Positions 51,336 through 63,747 of a stretch of DNA of 64,000 nucleotides are shown here, piece by piece; within the stretch, counting starts at the first letter, position 1; every line of letters begins with the position of its first letter. The position numbers and the translations under genes were made by a program. The stretch is from Chiloscyllium plagiosum. Taxonomy: Eukaryota. The DNA lies in assembly GCF_004010195.1 (NCBI RefSeq), contig NC_057718.1, forward strand, positions 60,922,073 through 60,986,072, written 5' to 3'. Under the pieces are notes generated by a model, which saw only the letters and a list, made by a program, of their open reading frames with translations, searched no databases and was not told where the DNA came from.

Positions 51336-54300
51336 GTCCTAGTGGTATTAACACTGGACTATTAATCCAGAGATCTGGGTAATCTTCTGGAGACCTGGGT
51401 TCGAATCCCACCATGGCAGATGGTGCAATTGAAAATCTGCAATCACAAATCTACTGATGACCATGAAATCATTGTTGATTATCGGGAAAACCCATCTGGC
51501 TCACTAATGCCTTCAAGGAAGGAAATCTCCAATCCTCACCTGGTCTGGCCTATATGTGACTCCAGACTCACAGTAATGTGGTTGACTCTTAATTGCCATC
51601 TGAAATAGCTGAGCAAGCCATTCAGTTGCACTGATTGCTACAAAGTCTCAAGCAAATGAAACCAGCCAGATCACCTGGTATCAACTTAGGCACCAGGAAA
51701 GATCACCGCAGAAACAGCCTGTCGACCCTGCAAAGTCCTCCTTTCTAACAGTTGAGGGCTAGTGCCAAAATTAGGAGAGCTATCTCACAGACTAGTCAAG
51801 CACAGTCTGACATGCTGACAGAATCATACCTTACAATATTCCGGAAACCACCATCACCATCCCTGGATATGTCCAGTCCCACTGGCAGGACAGACCTGGC
51901 AGACGTGGCAGCACAGTGGTATACAGTGGTGGAAGCGTTGCACTGGGAGTCCTCAACATTTGACTCCAGGCAACATGAAGTCTCATGGCTTCAGGTTAAA
52001 CATGGGCAGGGAAACTTCCTGCTGATATCACAGGCCATCCTCCCTTAGCTGATGAATCAATACTCCTCCATATTGAACAACGCTTGGAGGAAGCACTGAG
52101 GATGGCAAGGGTACAAAATGTACTCTGGGTGGGGAATTTCAATATCCACCAAGTGTGGCTCAGCAGCAGTTCTACTGATCAAGCTATTTGGTCTTAAAGG
52201 ACGTATCTGCTTGGCTGGGTCTGTGGCAGGTGATGAGGCAACCAAAAAGAGGGAAAAATATGCTTGACCTCACCCGTACCAATCTGCTGATGCAGCTGTC
52301 CATGACAGTATGAGTGAGAGTGACCACCACACAGTCCTTTTGGAGACAAAGTCTCACCTTCACATTGAGAATAACCTCCATTGTGTTGTGTGGCATTATC
52401 ACTGTCCTAATGGAACATACTGCGAACCGATTTAGCAACTCAAGACTGGGCATCCGTGAGGTTTTGTGGGCCATCAACAGCAGCTGAACTGTACTTCAGT
52501 GCAATCTGTAACCTCATGGCCCTGCATTCCTCCACTCAACCATTACCATCAAGCCAGGAGATCAACCCTGGTTCAATGGAGAATTCAGGAGGGCATGTCA
52601 GGAGCAGTACCTAAAGGAGACATACCTGAAGATGAGGTGTCAACCTGGTGAAGTCACCAGACAGGACTACCTCCATGCCAAACAACCAAGAGCATCAAGT
52701 GATAGAGATCCCACAATCAATGGATTCGATCTAAGCTCTGCAGTCCATCCACATCTAGTTGTGAATAGTGGCAAATGATTAAACAACTCACTGGAGGAGT
52801 GAGTACCCAGTGGTCCCCAGCATTATAGACACCAGTCTTCAGTCAATTTGATTCACTCGACATGATATCAAGCATCAATTATAGACACTAGTCACTGTAA
52901 AGACTATGGGCCCTAACAACATTCTGGCAATCGTACTGAAGACTTGTGCCCCAGAACTTGCCACTCACCTAGGCAAACTGTTCCAGTACAGTTACAACAC
53001 TGCATCTGCCTGACAATGTGGAAAAATGCCCAGGTATGTCTTGTACATAAAAAACAGAACAAACCCAACCTGGCCAATTATTGTTCCATCAGTCTACTCT
53101 CGATCATCAGGAAAGTGATGGAAGGTGTCATCGATAGTGCTATCAAGCAGCACCTGCTCAGCAATAACCTGCTCAGTGATGCCCAGTTTGGGTTCTGCCA
53201 GGGCCATTCAGCTCCTGATATCATTCCAGCCTTGGTTCAAACAGGGACAGAAGAGCAAAATTCAAGAGGTGAGGTGACATCAAGGCTGCATTCAACCAAG
53301 TGTGGCATCAAGGAGCCCTAGCAAGACTGGAATCAGTAGGTATCGGGGGCATTCGCCGGTGGTTGGAATCATACCTGCCATATAGGCAGTGGTTGTTGGA
53401 GGTCAGTCATCTCAGCTCCAGGACATCTCTACAGGAGTTCTTCAGTGTCGTGTCCTAGGCCCAACCATCTTCAGCTGCTTCATCAATGACCTTCCCTCCA
53501 TTATCATATCACAAATGAGGTTGTTAGCTGATGGCTGCACCATGTTCAGCACCATTCGTGACTCCTCAGATACTGAAGCAGTCCATGTCCAAATGCAACA
53601 AGATATGGACAATACCCAAGCTTGAGCTGACAAGTGGCAAGTAACATGTATGCCACACAAATGCCAGACTATGATCATCACCAATAAGAGACAATCTAAT
53701 CACCGCTCCTTGACATTCAATCGTGTTACCATTTCTGAATCCCCCACTATCAACATCCTGGGGGTTATCATTGATCATAAACTCAACTGGACTCACCACG
53801 TAAACATGGTGTCTACAAGAGCAGGTCAGAAGTAGGAATACTGTGGTAACTCACTTCCTGACTCCTCAACGTCTGTCCACCACCTACAAGGCACAAGTCA
53901 GGAGTGTGAGGGAGTACTCCCCACTCGCCTGGATGAGTGCAGCCCCAACAAAACTCAAGAAGCTTGACACCAAGACAAAGCAGCCCGCTTGATTGGCACC
54001 ACATTCACAAGCATCTACTCCTTCCACCACCAATGCTCAGTAGCAGCAGTGTATACATTCTACAAGATACACTGCAGAAATTCACCAAAGATCCTCAGGC
54101 AGCCCCTTCCAAACCCACAACCACTTCCATCTAGAAGTACAAGAGCAGCAGCTTTACAAGAACACTACTACTTTAAATTTCCCCTCCAAGACACTCATCA
54201 ACCTCACTTGGAAATATATGTCCATTCCTTCACTGACGCTGGATCAAAACCCTGGAATTCCCTCCCTAAGGCCATTGTAGGTCAACCCACAATAGTGGAC

Positions 54301-54403
54301 TGCAGCAATTCAAGATGTCAGCTCAGCATCACCTTCTCAAGAGCAATTAGGGATGGGCAATAAATGCTGACTCAGCAAGGATGCCCACAAACAATGAAAA
54401 ATA
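51336..54403 (+). mobile_element. tRNA-headed CR1-group LINE (family B), single decayed EN-RT ORF, no ORF1
   Basis: A-box-like gtcctagtgg at 51336-51345; B box GGTTCGAATCC at 51398-51408; APE motifs from ~51733 (KVLLSN, LTESYL, IPGY, GNFN, SDH); RT motifs NYCSISLLSII, QFGFCQG, VLGPTIFSCFINDL, LADG. Confidence 0.85.
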
Positions 54404-54549
54404 ATTTTTTAAATATTGTACCCCTTTCTCTGACAGTGATAACCCATGAATAGTTCATTTTCATCTCTCAGAACCATTCCAACGACCTCAACATAGCAGA
54501 AAGGTTCAATAGCAACTTATGAACTTTCTACAAGACCTGTAAGTCCTAA

Positions 54550-56050
54550 CTGTCTACAGCACAGAAAAAGGCCCCTTGGCCCCGAGTCTATGTCTTGGAA
54601 TCACAAATGTATATCTAAGTAAATGTTATGAGTGTTACTTCCCCTACCACCCTTCCATGCAGTGAGTTATAGATTCACACCACCCTCGAGGTGAAAAAAA
54701 AAACAAATTTCCCACATCTCTTTCAACCTCCTGCCCATCCCTTCAATCTATGTCCCAGGTCACTGGTCCTTCTACCAAGGGGAAAGGATTTTTCCCATCT
54801 ATGCCACTCATAATTTTATACCTCTCAATCATGTCCCCCTCAGACTCCTCTGCTTCAAGGAAAACAACTCCAATCTGTCCAATCTTTCTTCAAAACTAAA
54901 ACTCCAATAAAGCAACATTCTGGTAAATCTCCCGTGGACTCTCTTCAGTGCAGTTACATCCATTCTATAATGTGGAGTCCAGAACTGCTCACAATTCTTA
55001 GCTGTAGCCTACCAAGCACTTTACATTGTTCTAGCATCACTGCACTTGTCTTAAACTCTATGCTTCGGCAAGCATCCTCTATGCGTTCTTATTTACCTAT
55101 CTGTCTGTGTACCTTAAAGGACCTGTGCAAGTGCACACCAAGGTCCCTCTGATCTTCAGTGCTTTCCAGGCATGAGAATCCAACAGTTCATCATGGAATC
55201 TCATGCCTTGTTTGTCCTGCTCAATTGTGTCACCTCATATTTATGCGGATTGAATTTTATTTGTCACTGAATATCTGATCTGACCAGCCCATCAATATCC
55301 TTCTGTAACCTAAGGTTATCTTCCTCACTATTTACCACCCCACCAACTTTTATATCATCTGCGAACTTATAAACCAACCTGCCTACATTCAAATCTAACT
55401 TGTTTATACATACCACAAACAGCTAGGGGCCATAACACTGATCCCTGTAGAACTCCATTGCACACAGGTTTCCAAACATATAAACATAACTTTGACCATC
55501 ATCCCTTACTACCTCTTATTCAGCCAATTCTTACTTCAATTTGCCAAATGTGTTTGGATCCCATGGGATCTTACTTTCATAACCAGTCTCCCATTCAGGA
55601 CCTCACCGACAGCCTTGCAGAAGTTTTAGGAGACCTCATCCAAAGCATTTCCCTCATCTACACACCTGGTTACCTCTTTGAAAACTTCAATCAAGTTTGT
55701 CAGATAGGACCTCTCCTTAACAAAACCATGTAGACCAGTCTTGATCAATCCCTGCCTTTCCAAGTGCAGATTAATTCTGCCCCTTGGAATTGTAACAATA
55801 ATTTCCCCATCACAGAGTTGAGATACTGACCTGTACTTTCTTGGTTAATCTCTTGCTCCCTTCTTGAAAAACAGTATCACATTGGCTGCCCCCCCCTGTC
55901 CTCTGGCACCTCTCCTGTGGCCAGAGAGGAATTGAAAACTATTGTCAGTGACACTGCTAGTTCCTCCTTTGCCTCACTCAATGGGATACATTTCATCTGG
56001 CCCTGGAAATTTATCTACTCTTTAAGTCTTCCAGACTACTCTGAACCTCC
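54550..56050 (-). mobile_element. Decayed CR1 RT/3' fragment
   Basis: Reverse complement is colinear with the CR1 copies at 11100-12600 and 43150-44650. Confidence 0.85.
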
Positions 56051-58204
56051 TCTCTGTTTATGCTAATTTCTTTAAGTATATCACAATCCATTGCCATGAT
56101 TTCTACGTGCAGGTTCTGATCCTCTTTCTCTATCTGGTCCGTTGAGAGTGAGGGGAGGTTCCTGATTCTAGTCATCTGCCTCTAGTTTCACAAAACAACT
56201 GTTACACAGGAGTGACTGCAAAAGTTGCAGTAGCATTCTGGACATTATAATCAGTTTTGAACAGAATAACATTAAACTGCAAGAAGGAAACCTTAACTGT
56301 CACTTGGCTTTTGTTTATACAGCTGTGTAACATGAGCAATATGTCTGGACAAAACATCAACATTTGTCTCTAACATATTTGTAAAAGGTAGCCTATATTG
56401 TGATAAATATTTACAGTTGAGGTCATTGGTTCACCCTAAATGCATAGTTCTAATGTGAGCACATAGTAATTTTAGGTCAAGCCTCCATGGGCTCCCTGCC
56501 TTTAGCTATGTTAGCTATATAAATGTAATCTAACAATTCTACTCTCTTAACCTTAGCTAAGGGTGAATGTAATTCTAGCTAATAGCAACTGTGAGCCTAG
56601 TTTCTCTCTTTATTCAAAAAAAGAAGGTTTTCTCTATGATCTGTTTATTATACTTGAAATGTAGCAGTTGTCATAAAGTTATACCCACTTTCTTTTGACA
56701 AAGGTATGCTGCATGTAAAGGTTCAGTTCCTGAGGAAGGTTACTAAAGGAGAGTACTTTGCATGAATGTTATATATTAAGATCGGAAGCTTCTTTACAGT
56801 CTATGGTTCTTTTGTGAGCATGAAATCAGAATATGTCACTCTTTAAAGGGCACTGGTTGAAACCCAGAATACTCAACATCAGAATTCTCAATATTTTTTG
56901 ACTTGAAGTGCACATATGTTACATATTTAAGATACATTTAAAGCTCTTAGACTTCATGATAGTGTGGGGACAATTTGGATGCTGCATGCTTATGGGGCTA
57001 CCTAGACACACAACATGAGGGCGAACATTTCCCAGGATGCCTCCAGTCATATTTGTAAGCTCCAGCACACTTGCCTACAATTGATCTTAGTTTTAAAAGC
57101 TCCCAGTCAATAGACAGTCATTATAAAGTGGTGCCATCTGCTGCAGAAAAAGACTGGCAGCCAACATGCACCATTGGGTGTTACAATTAGTGATAGAAAT
57201 AGCAAGCTATGTCCTCCAAACTATTTGCACCATCTTGCAGACATGCTGCCATGTTCACCTATAACCTTGGACTAATAAACAGAGCCACCCTCCATACAAC
57301 TACATTGTATAGCAGCAAGCAGCTGCTCAGCGCTAGATTAATCCGGCACATGCTTACACATTGAGTTCCTTTACGTTCATTTTTGTTTGCTGTAGTTTAG
57401 CTTCACCTCTGGCAAAAAAGTTTCCATGGGTTACTTTTTGTCCCATACACTGTCTCCTTTTAAATGGTTTTCTTCACTTTACACGCACATATAACTTTTT
57501 CATTTCCCCCACTCATCAGACCCTTTTTTATCAAAATCTGCCTTTGGCACTGCGAATACTCATGTAGATGAACTGAATCATAAAACAAAAGACTTGTTAT
57601 TAACATAGTGCACCAGTTCTTAGACCCAGAGGCTGACTTTCCAAAACGAATTTTCCTTGTGGTCCATTACAACTTTAAAAGGAAGATGTACCATGAAATT
57701 CTTGGGGAAAAGAGGTTGAATTGTCACTGACCCCATTTTCCTGAACAATTTGTCATAGGTCTTCTTCAGGTGAACAGGGAAATCAAGGAAATTTATTCCA
57801 TCATATCGAACTAAAACATAATACACAGTCTCTACTGGATAGCTTTATGCTTGTTTCAAACCATTTGGGACTGAACTACAATGAGATCAAATAATCTAGG
57901 CTCATATTGTCTATCTTGTCAATATTGCAGTGTACAAATGGATTAAATTTGCTAACTTACAGCTTCTCTCACACGCAGATGTGAATGATGCAGATGGCTG
58001 ATGCTTGTCATGGACATCCAGGAATTCCAGATGGGCCTTTGCAAAACTGGGTGGAATCAAAGCAATCTCTGACTCCAGAATCTAAAACACAACAGAACAG
58101 AGCAAGGAAAGGAGAAGCGGTTAAAATTTAACACGAGAATTTGTGTCCAGAAAAATCCCACATTTCCAGACTCTTTTTACTCAGTCCAAAAAAAAGAAAG
58201 GGCG

Positions 58205-58800
58205 GGCACTGGAAATTAGAAATTGCTGGGAAAATCTCCACAGGTACGGCAGCATCTGTGGAGACAAGGTAGGTAAAAACAACGACTGCAGATGCTGGAA
58301 ACCAGATTCTGGATTAGTGGTGCTGGAAGAGCACAGCAGTTCAGGCAGCACTGCTCCTCGGATGCTGCCTGAACTGCTGTGTTCTTCCAGCACCACTAAT
58401 CCAGAATCTGTGGAGAGAAGGCAGACTTAACGTTTCATGCCCAGAGCACTTTCTTCCATGTCCTTACCCCAAACCCCACACACCAGGCCTTGTCATCACA
58501 TGGTTTCCTATCCCAAACAGCCCATTATCAGCCACTAACCATCCCCATTAGCAGCTATTCATTATCCCAAGGTGGCCTTTACCCACTCAGTTGTCTGCTT
58601 AATTGTTTTTCTCTCTCTCTGGACTCCATTTCTACCTATTGTTTACTTATTCCCCCTTTCCCCTTCCCCACTCCCATCTTCAACATACATTTTCCTAGCT
58701 ACAATCAGTTTGATGGATCACTGGACCCAAAACACTAACTCTGCTTTCTATCTGCAGATGCTGCCTGACCTGCTGAGTTTTACCAGCAATTTCTGATCTT
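58205..58800. mobile_element. Older PLE-derived fold-back element
   Basis: Left arm gaaattgctggg...gcagcatctg and right arm cagatgctgcctgacctgctgagttttaccagcaatttc flank a pyrimidine-rich PLE 3' region. Confidence 0.7.
58270..58405. mobile_element. Younger PLE-derived hairpin insertion nested in the older one
   Basis: 48 bp inverted arms 58303-58350 and 58363-58410 with 1 mismatch; 16 bp TSD with 1 mismatch at 58254-58269 and 58406-58421. Confidence 0.85.
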
Positions 58801-59289
58801 GTTCCTTTTACTCGGTGGGTATAATTTAAGCCTGTTTTCTTGCTGAATTGATGATTTACTGAATGCAGGAAAACAAGAATTCCTCTTGCATCACCAGCTT
58901 TCTTTTTCTTTCCAATCAGATTGTACTTCGTCAAGAAAAAGGTTGTATCACTGGAAGGAAGATTGGCATCACTGCTACAGCTCCTTCTTGTAAACCAGTG
59001 GCAGTTATAATGCGAGGAGGTCAGTTGTGGTTTATCATTCCATTTATCCATGATCTTGGCAGAGGTTTTGCTTCCATGTACCTAGGCATTCATTATGGCC
59101 TGCCCAACTGAGCTGTGATTACTGGTTCTTTTCTTCTTTCTTGAGAAAAAGAAAGTTTGGGAAAACAATTATGTGTGGATTGAAGTGTAATCATACATGA
59201 ATGTCTGTTCTAGTTTGCCATCATCATGTAACCTCTACCATGAGGCAAATATTGTATGCTGCAGTCAGAAAAGGAAAAGCATGGGGGGA

Positions 59290-59995
59290 GTCCCTGTGGT
59301 TTAAAGCAAAAAGAAATGAATAGACCCCAAGATGGCATATTGCTCAAAGAAAATAGATTGATTATTCCAAAAGAGTTACAAGTAGAGATGCTAACATGCA
59401 TCCATATAGGCTACTAGGAATTGAGTTGAGTCTAAGGAAGGCAAGAGATTGGCTCTTTGGCCAAATGTGCACTCTTCAGCCATTATAGCATTCCCAAAAT
59501 TGTCATGAGCAACAATGACCCTCAGGTCAGCAGTGAGGAAATCAGCTGCTTCTGGAAAGATTGGGAGATTCAACACCACACGTCTCCACACTGTTCCCAA
59601 TCAAATGGAAAGGCTGAGGCAACAGTGAAAATCCCCAAAAGAATTATAACAAAATTGAGCAATGCCCACAAATATCCACAATCGGAAAAACATATCTACT
59701 GAAGACATGGAAAGTGACTCAGCAAAAAGATCACTGTCATACTGCACATTAACTACTCTTCCAATAGCAAAAAAGCTCCTGAAGACAAAAGTTGTAACAG
59801 ATGTGAATGAAAAAGAAACATATGAGTGAAATGGCAGAAAGCCGAATTTAATTTTTGATATGACTGCTAAACAATTGTCAGAGTTAAGTATTGGAGAGTC
59901 AGTCAGGGTATAAACATTCAACAATCTCAGCAAAGGTTAGAGTGTGCACTAGTAGAGAGAAGATAGGGCACATACTCATGTGGAACACAGAAGAT
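59290..59995 (+). mobile_element. Ty3/Gypsy LTR retrotransposon integrase relic
   Basis: Motifs NRLIIPKELQ, IPKIVMSNNDPQ, FWKDWEIQHHTSPH and QSNGKAEATVK. Confidence 0.85.
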
Positions 59996-60119
59996 TATTA
60001 ACTTTTGTCTTGCACTTTCATGCATTGTGTTTCACCATCCCAGTTCATTATTTCCGTCCAGGTTGGTGTCTGGTGGCAAGGCCTCCTTTGGTTAAAGTAC
60101 CACACATTAGGCTACTGAA

Positions 60120-61340
60120 TGAAACAAGAGCTCTTGTTGTTGGAGGTAATATATCATAGAATCATAGAATCCCTACAGTGAGGGAACAGGCTATTCAGTC
60201 TATCAAATCCACACTGACCCTCTGAAGAGCATTTCATCCAGATCCAACCCTACCCTCTCCCTGTATCCCTGAATTCCCTATGGTCAATCTACCTAGCCCA
60301 CACATCCCTGGACACTATGGGGAATTTACCATGGCCAATCCAGCTAACATGAACAGAGATTACTGAATAAATAGAAGCCAGAGAATTGGGATAAGAAGGA
60401 CATTTTCAAGATGGTAAACTCTAACTAGAATAGTGCCACATGGATCAGTGCTGTGTACAGAATTATTTACAATGTGCATTAACAAATTTATAAAAAAACT
60501 GTGCTATGTACAAGCTTGCAGATGACACAAAAATAGTTAGGAAGGCAATGGTGAAGATGACACAAAGAGCCTGCAGAGGGATATAGATATGTTAAGGGAA
60601 TAGGTAAAATTTTACAGATGGAATATTATATGGGAAAATGTGAGGTTATGCACTTTGGCAGGAAGAATAGAGGAGTTACATATTATTTAAATGGAGAAAG
60701 ACTGCATAAAGCACAGAGTAATTTGGGAGTCCTTGTGCATTAATCACATACAGCTAGCATCAAAGATTGATAGGTAGACAAATGGAAAGCTGATATTTAT
60801 TTCAATGAGGCTGGAGTATAAAAATAGGGATGCCTTGCTAAAGCTACACAATCCACTAGTTAGACCACACTTGGAATGCCATGAACAGTTTTAGTCTCCT
60901 TATCTATGGAAAGATATACTGACAGTGGAGGCAATCCAGAGGAGGTTCAGTAGGTTGCTCCCAGGCATGGAGGAACAGTCTTATGAGGAAAGGCTGTGTA
61001 AATTGTAGATTTTTTTGTGCTCCTGACAGGATAGATGCAAAAAGGTTGTTTCACCTTATGGCATAATCTCAGAGTTAAGTGTTGCCCATTTAAGACAGAG
61101 ATGAGGAGAAATTTCTTCCCTCAGAGGGTGGTGAATCTGTGAAAGTGTTTACTGTAGAGGTTGTAGATCATTAAGAATTTTCAAGGCTGAGATACATGGA
61201 CTTTTACTTCAGTAAAGGAATCAAGATTATGAGGAAAAATCAGGAAAGTTGAGTTCAGGATTATTAAGTGAGCTATCATTTCATTGAGTGGTGGAGGAGA
61301 TTCGATGAGCTGAATGGCCTCCCTCTGCTTCTATGTCTGA
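60120..61340 (+). mobile_element. Old CR1 RT/3' fragment containing an HE1 3' fragment (60155-60352, minus strand)
   Basis: gtgccacatggatcagtgctg (VPxGSVL), gcagatgacacaaaa (ADDTK) and KCEVMHFG; HE1 tail with (catagaat)n. Confidence 0.85.
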
Positions 61341-62744
61341 TAAACCTTTTGAACTTCTGGATCATTTCCTTTTGGGGTAATGGTACAAGACCACAATGAG
61401 AAGGGCAGTTCCTGTCTTGTAGTGCTGTGGAGCCGATGTTAATAGCATCAGCCTCGTAAAGTCCCAGCAGCAATGAGTCTCCCCCTTCCCTGCTATGTGG
61501 TTCTAAGATATAGTCCCCACAGTGGCTGGTGACATATATAATGAGGTGAAGAGTGGAAGACTGGTATGAAAAAAGTAGCTATGTGCCCAGCCAAGCTGGA
61601 CGCTATGAATCTTATTACAGAAAATATGTAGTGAAAACATGGAAGATTCAGCCTTTAATAAATGATTGGCCCAATATTTTGAATTATTTCCACTAAGGAC
61701 ATTCCTTGACAATTGATAGTCACAGGTGTAAAAGCCCAGCCTTGTATGTGGCAGGATTCCAAACAGTGACCCGAGAGACAAACATTGGGTACATGGCTTC
61801 AACATTAGCTAGCAAAAAACATTGTTGTCAATAAATATTAAAACCATTTTCAAACACTTGCACTCTGATATCCTGTCAGTTATTTTCATTGAATTTACTC
61901 TAAAACCACAATGACCATTTTAAATGCTTATGCAAGCACTGCAACTTATAGTACATTAGAAAAATATATTGCTCATAAACTGAGCATCAATGTTTGATAC
62001 ATAAGTATCGGATCAGCAGTGATTAAATGAAGAAACACAATGAGATAAATTGCCATGATATCTGCTATCTCTGAAGAGTGTGCTTAATTTCTTTCTTCAC
62101 AACAGCTACCAATGTCAGTGACATTGTGTGTGCATACTCATGGTGCTGACCTTCATTCCTTGCCTCTGAATTCTGCTTCAAGTGATTGCCAGGAATCCAG
62201 GGGCAAAGGTCAGAGTTCAGAATCTGAAGTTCACAGACAGTGTGTTACTGACATTGATCTCAACTACAACAACTGTTAGATCCTGATCTTTCTGAATAGC
62301 ACAAAAAACATTTTTAACAAGTGCAACCATGTACAGGTACAAGTGATGGCACATCCATAATTTTGGGGTACAGTAGTTTTAAGGTAAAATGAGAGAAAAA
62401 TTGTTGCTTTTGATGTCAGCTTTTGGAGGTAGGTCTCCAAGCAGTTGATTTGTGAGTACATTCTTTGGATAAGAGCCACATGGGAATATTGTGAACAGCC
62501 TTGGAGTGGTGCACCAGTTGGCAATTTATCGAATTTAAAGCAGTATTGAACAGGAACCATACAACCAGTGACTGATAAAGCTGACTCTTAAATGATGTAA
62601 ACATTATGGTCAGAATGCATAGGTTTTGTATCAAGTATACAAATGACAATGTTGGTGTCATAAAATAAAAAAATGCCACAAGACTAATAGGAATTTACAC
62701 AAAAGAAACAAGGTTCACATTGTTTTGCCAATTAAAATTACATC

Positions 62745-63034
62745 TTGATTTGGAGGTGCCAGTGTTGGACTGGGGTGTACAAAGTTAAAAACCACACAAC
62801 ACCAGTCTCTAGTCCAACAGGTTTATTTGGAAGCACTAACTTTCGTAGTGCTGCTCCTTCATCAGGTGGTTGTGGATTATAAGATCATAAGTCACAGAAT
62901 TTATAGTAAACGTTTGCATCATACTGTAAACCTCTACTATAAATTCTGTGTCTTATACTCCACCTGATGAAGGAGCAGCATTCCGAAAGCTAGTACTTCC
63001 AAATAAACCTGTTGGACTATAACCTGGTGTTATG
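62745..63034. mobile_element. PLE-derived fold-back insertion (AGCT-hammerhead family)
   Basis: Inverted arms; hammerhead cacCTGATGAaggagcagcattccGAAAGCTAgt at 62961-62995; perfect 12 bp TSD taaaattacatc at 62733-62744 and 63035-63046. Confidence 0.9.
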
Positions 63035-63466
63035 TAAAATTACATCAGTAGTTACAATTGCTACATACTGTGTCACAATAAATTAATGTTTTGTATGGAA
63101 TATTTAGTTGCATATTGTATGTTAAATTAATGTATATTGTATAATAAGTACAATTGCTTATTGTACATTAAGGTATTGTTATCTTGCAAGTTAGGTCCAG
63201 TTATTATAACACAGAGTAATAACATTTCAGTCTCACAGACTAGTGTGTGGTCAAATATGGTGAGTGATACTGTCACATGGAAATCATGTTCAGAGCATTG
63301 CTTCACATTATCTGGCGATCCGGCATGGCACCCTCTCCACTTGGTATGGCACTGTCTCAGCCTGGTGTGGTAATCTCTTGAGGAGAAAGTGAGGTCTGCA
63401 GATGCTGGAGATCAGAGATGGAAATGTGTTGCTGGAAAAGCGCAGCAGGTCAGGCAGCATCTAGGA

Positions 63467-63503
63467 GAATCGACGTTTCGGGCATTAGCCCTTCTTCAGG
63501 AAT
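63467..63503 (-). ncRNA. Minimal type I hammerhead ribozyme, intact core
   Basis: Reverse strand attc CTGAAGA a gggc taat gccc GAA ACGT C gatt: palindromic loopless stem III, GUC cleavage triplet. Confidence 0.8.
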
Positions 63504-63641
63504 GAGGAAAGTTGGTCCAGCAGGCTAAGATAAAAGATAGGGAGGAGGGACTTGGGGGAGGGGCGTCGGAAATGTGATAGGTGGAAAGAGGTCAAGGTGA
63601 GGGTGATAGGTCAGACGGGGGTGGGGGCGGAGAGGTCGGGA

Positions 63642-63747
63642 NNNNNNNNNNNNNNNNNNNNNNNNNNNNNNNNNNNNNNNNNNNNNNNNNNNNNNNNNNN
63701 NNNNNNNNNNNNNNNNNNNNNNNNNNNNNNNNNNNNNNNNNNNNNNN
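63642..63747. other. Assembly gap (N run)
   Basis: Run of N inside the PLE. Confidence 1.

Noticed and set aside
57128..57146. CTCF-like site (reverse strand gcagcagatggcacc) in unique sequence
   Set aside because: Imperfect single motif match, expected by chance in 64 kb.
57620..57826. Protein-like minus-strand ORF as a confident exon
   Set aside because: Weak acceptor without a polypyrimidine tract and no recognisable homology; kept only as a weak candidate.
58303..58410. miRNA precursor or intrinsic terminator
   Set aside because: The hairpin is fully explained by a TSD-flanked PLE fold-back; there is no expression evidence, and the DNA is eukaryotic.
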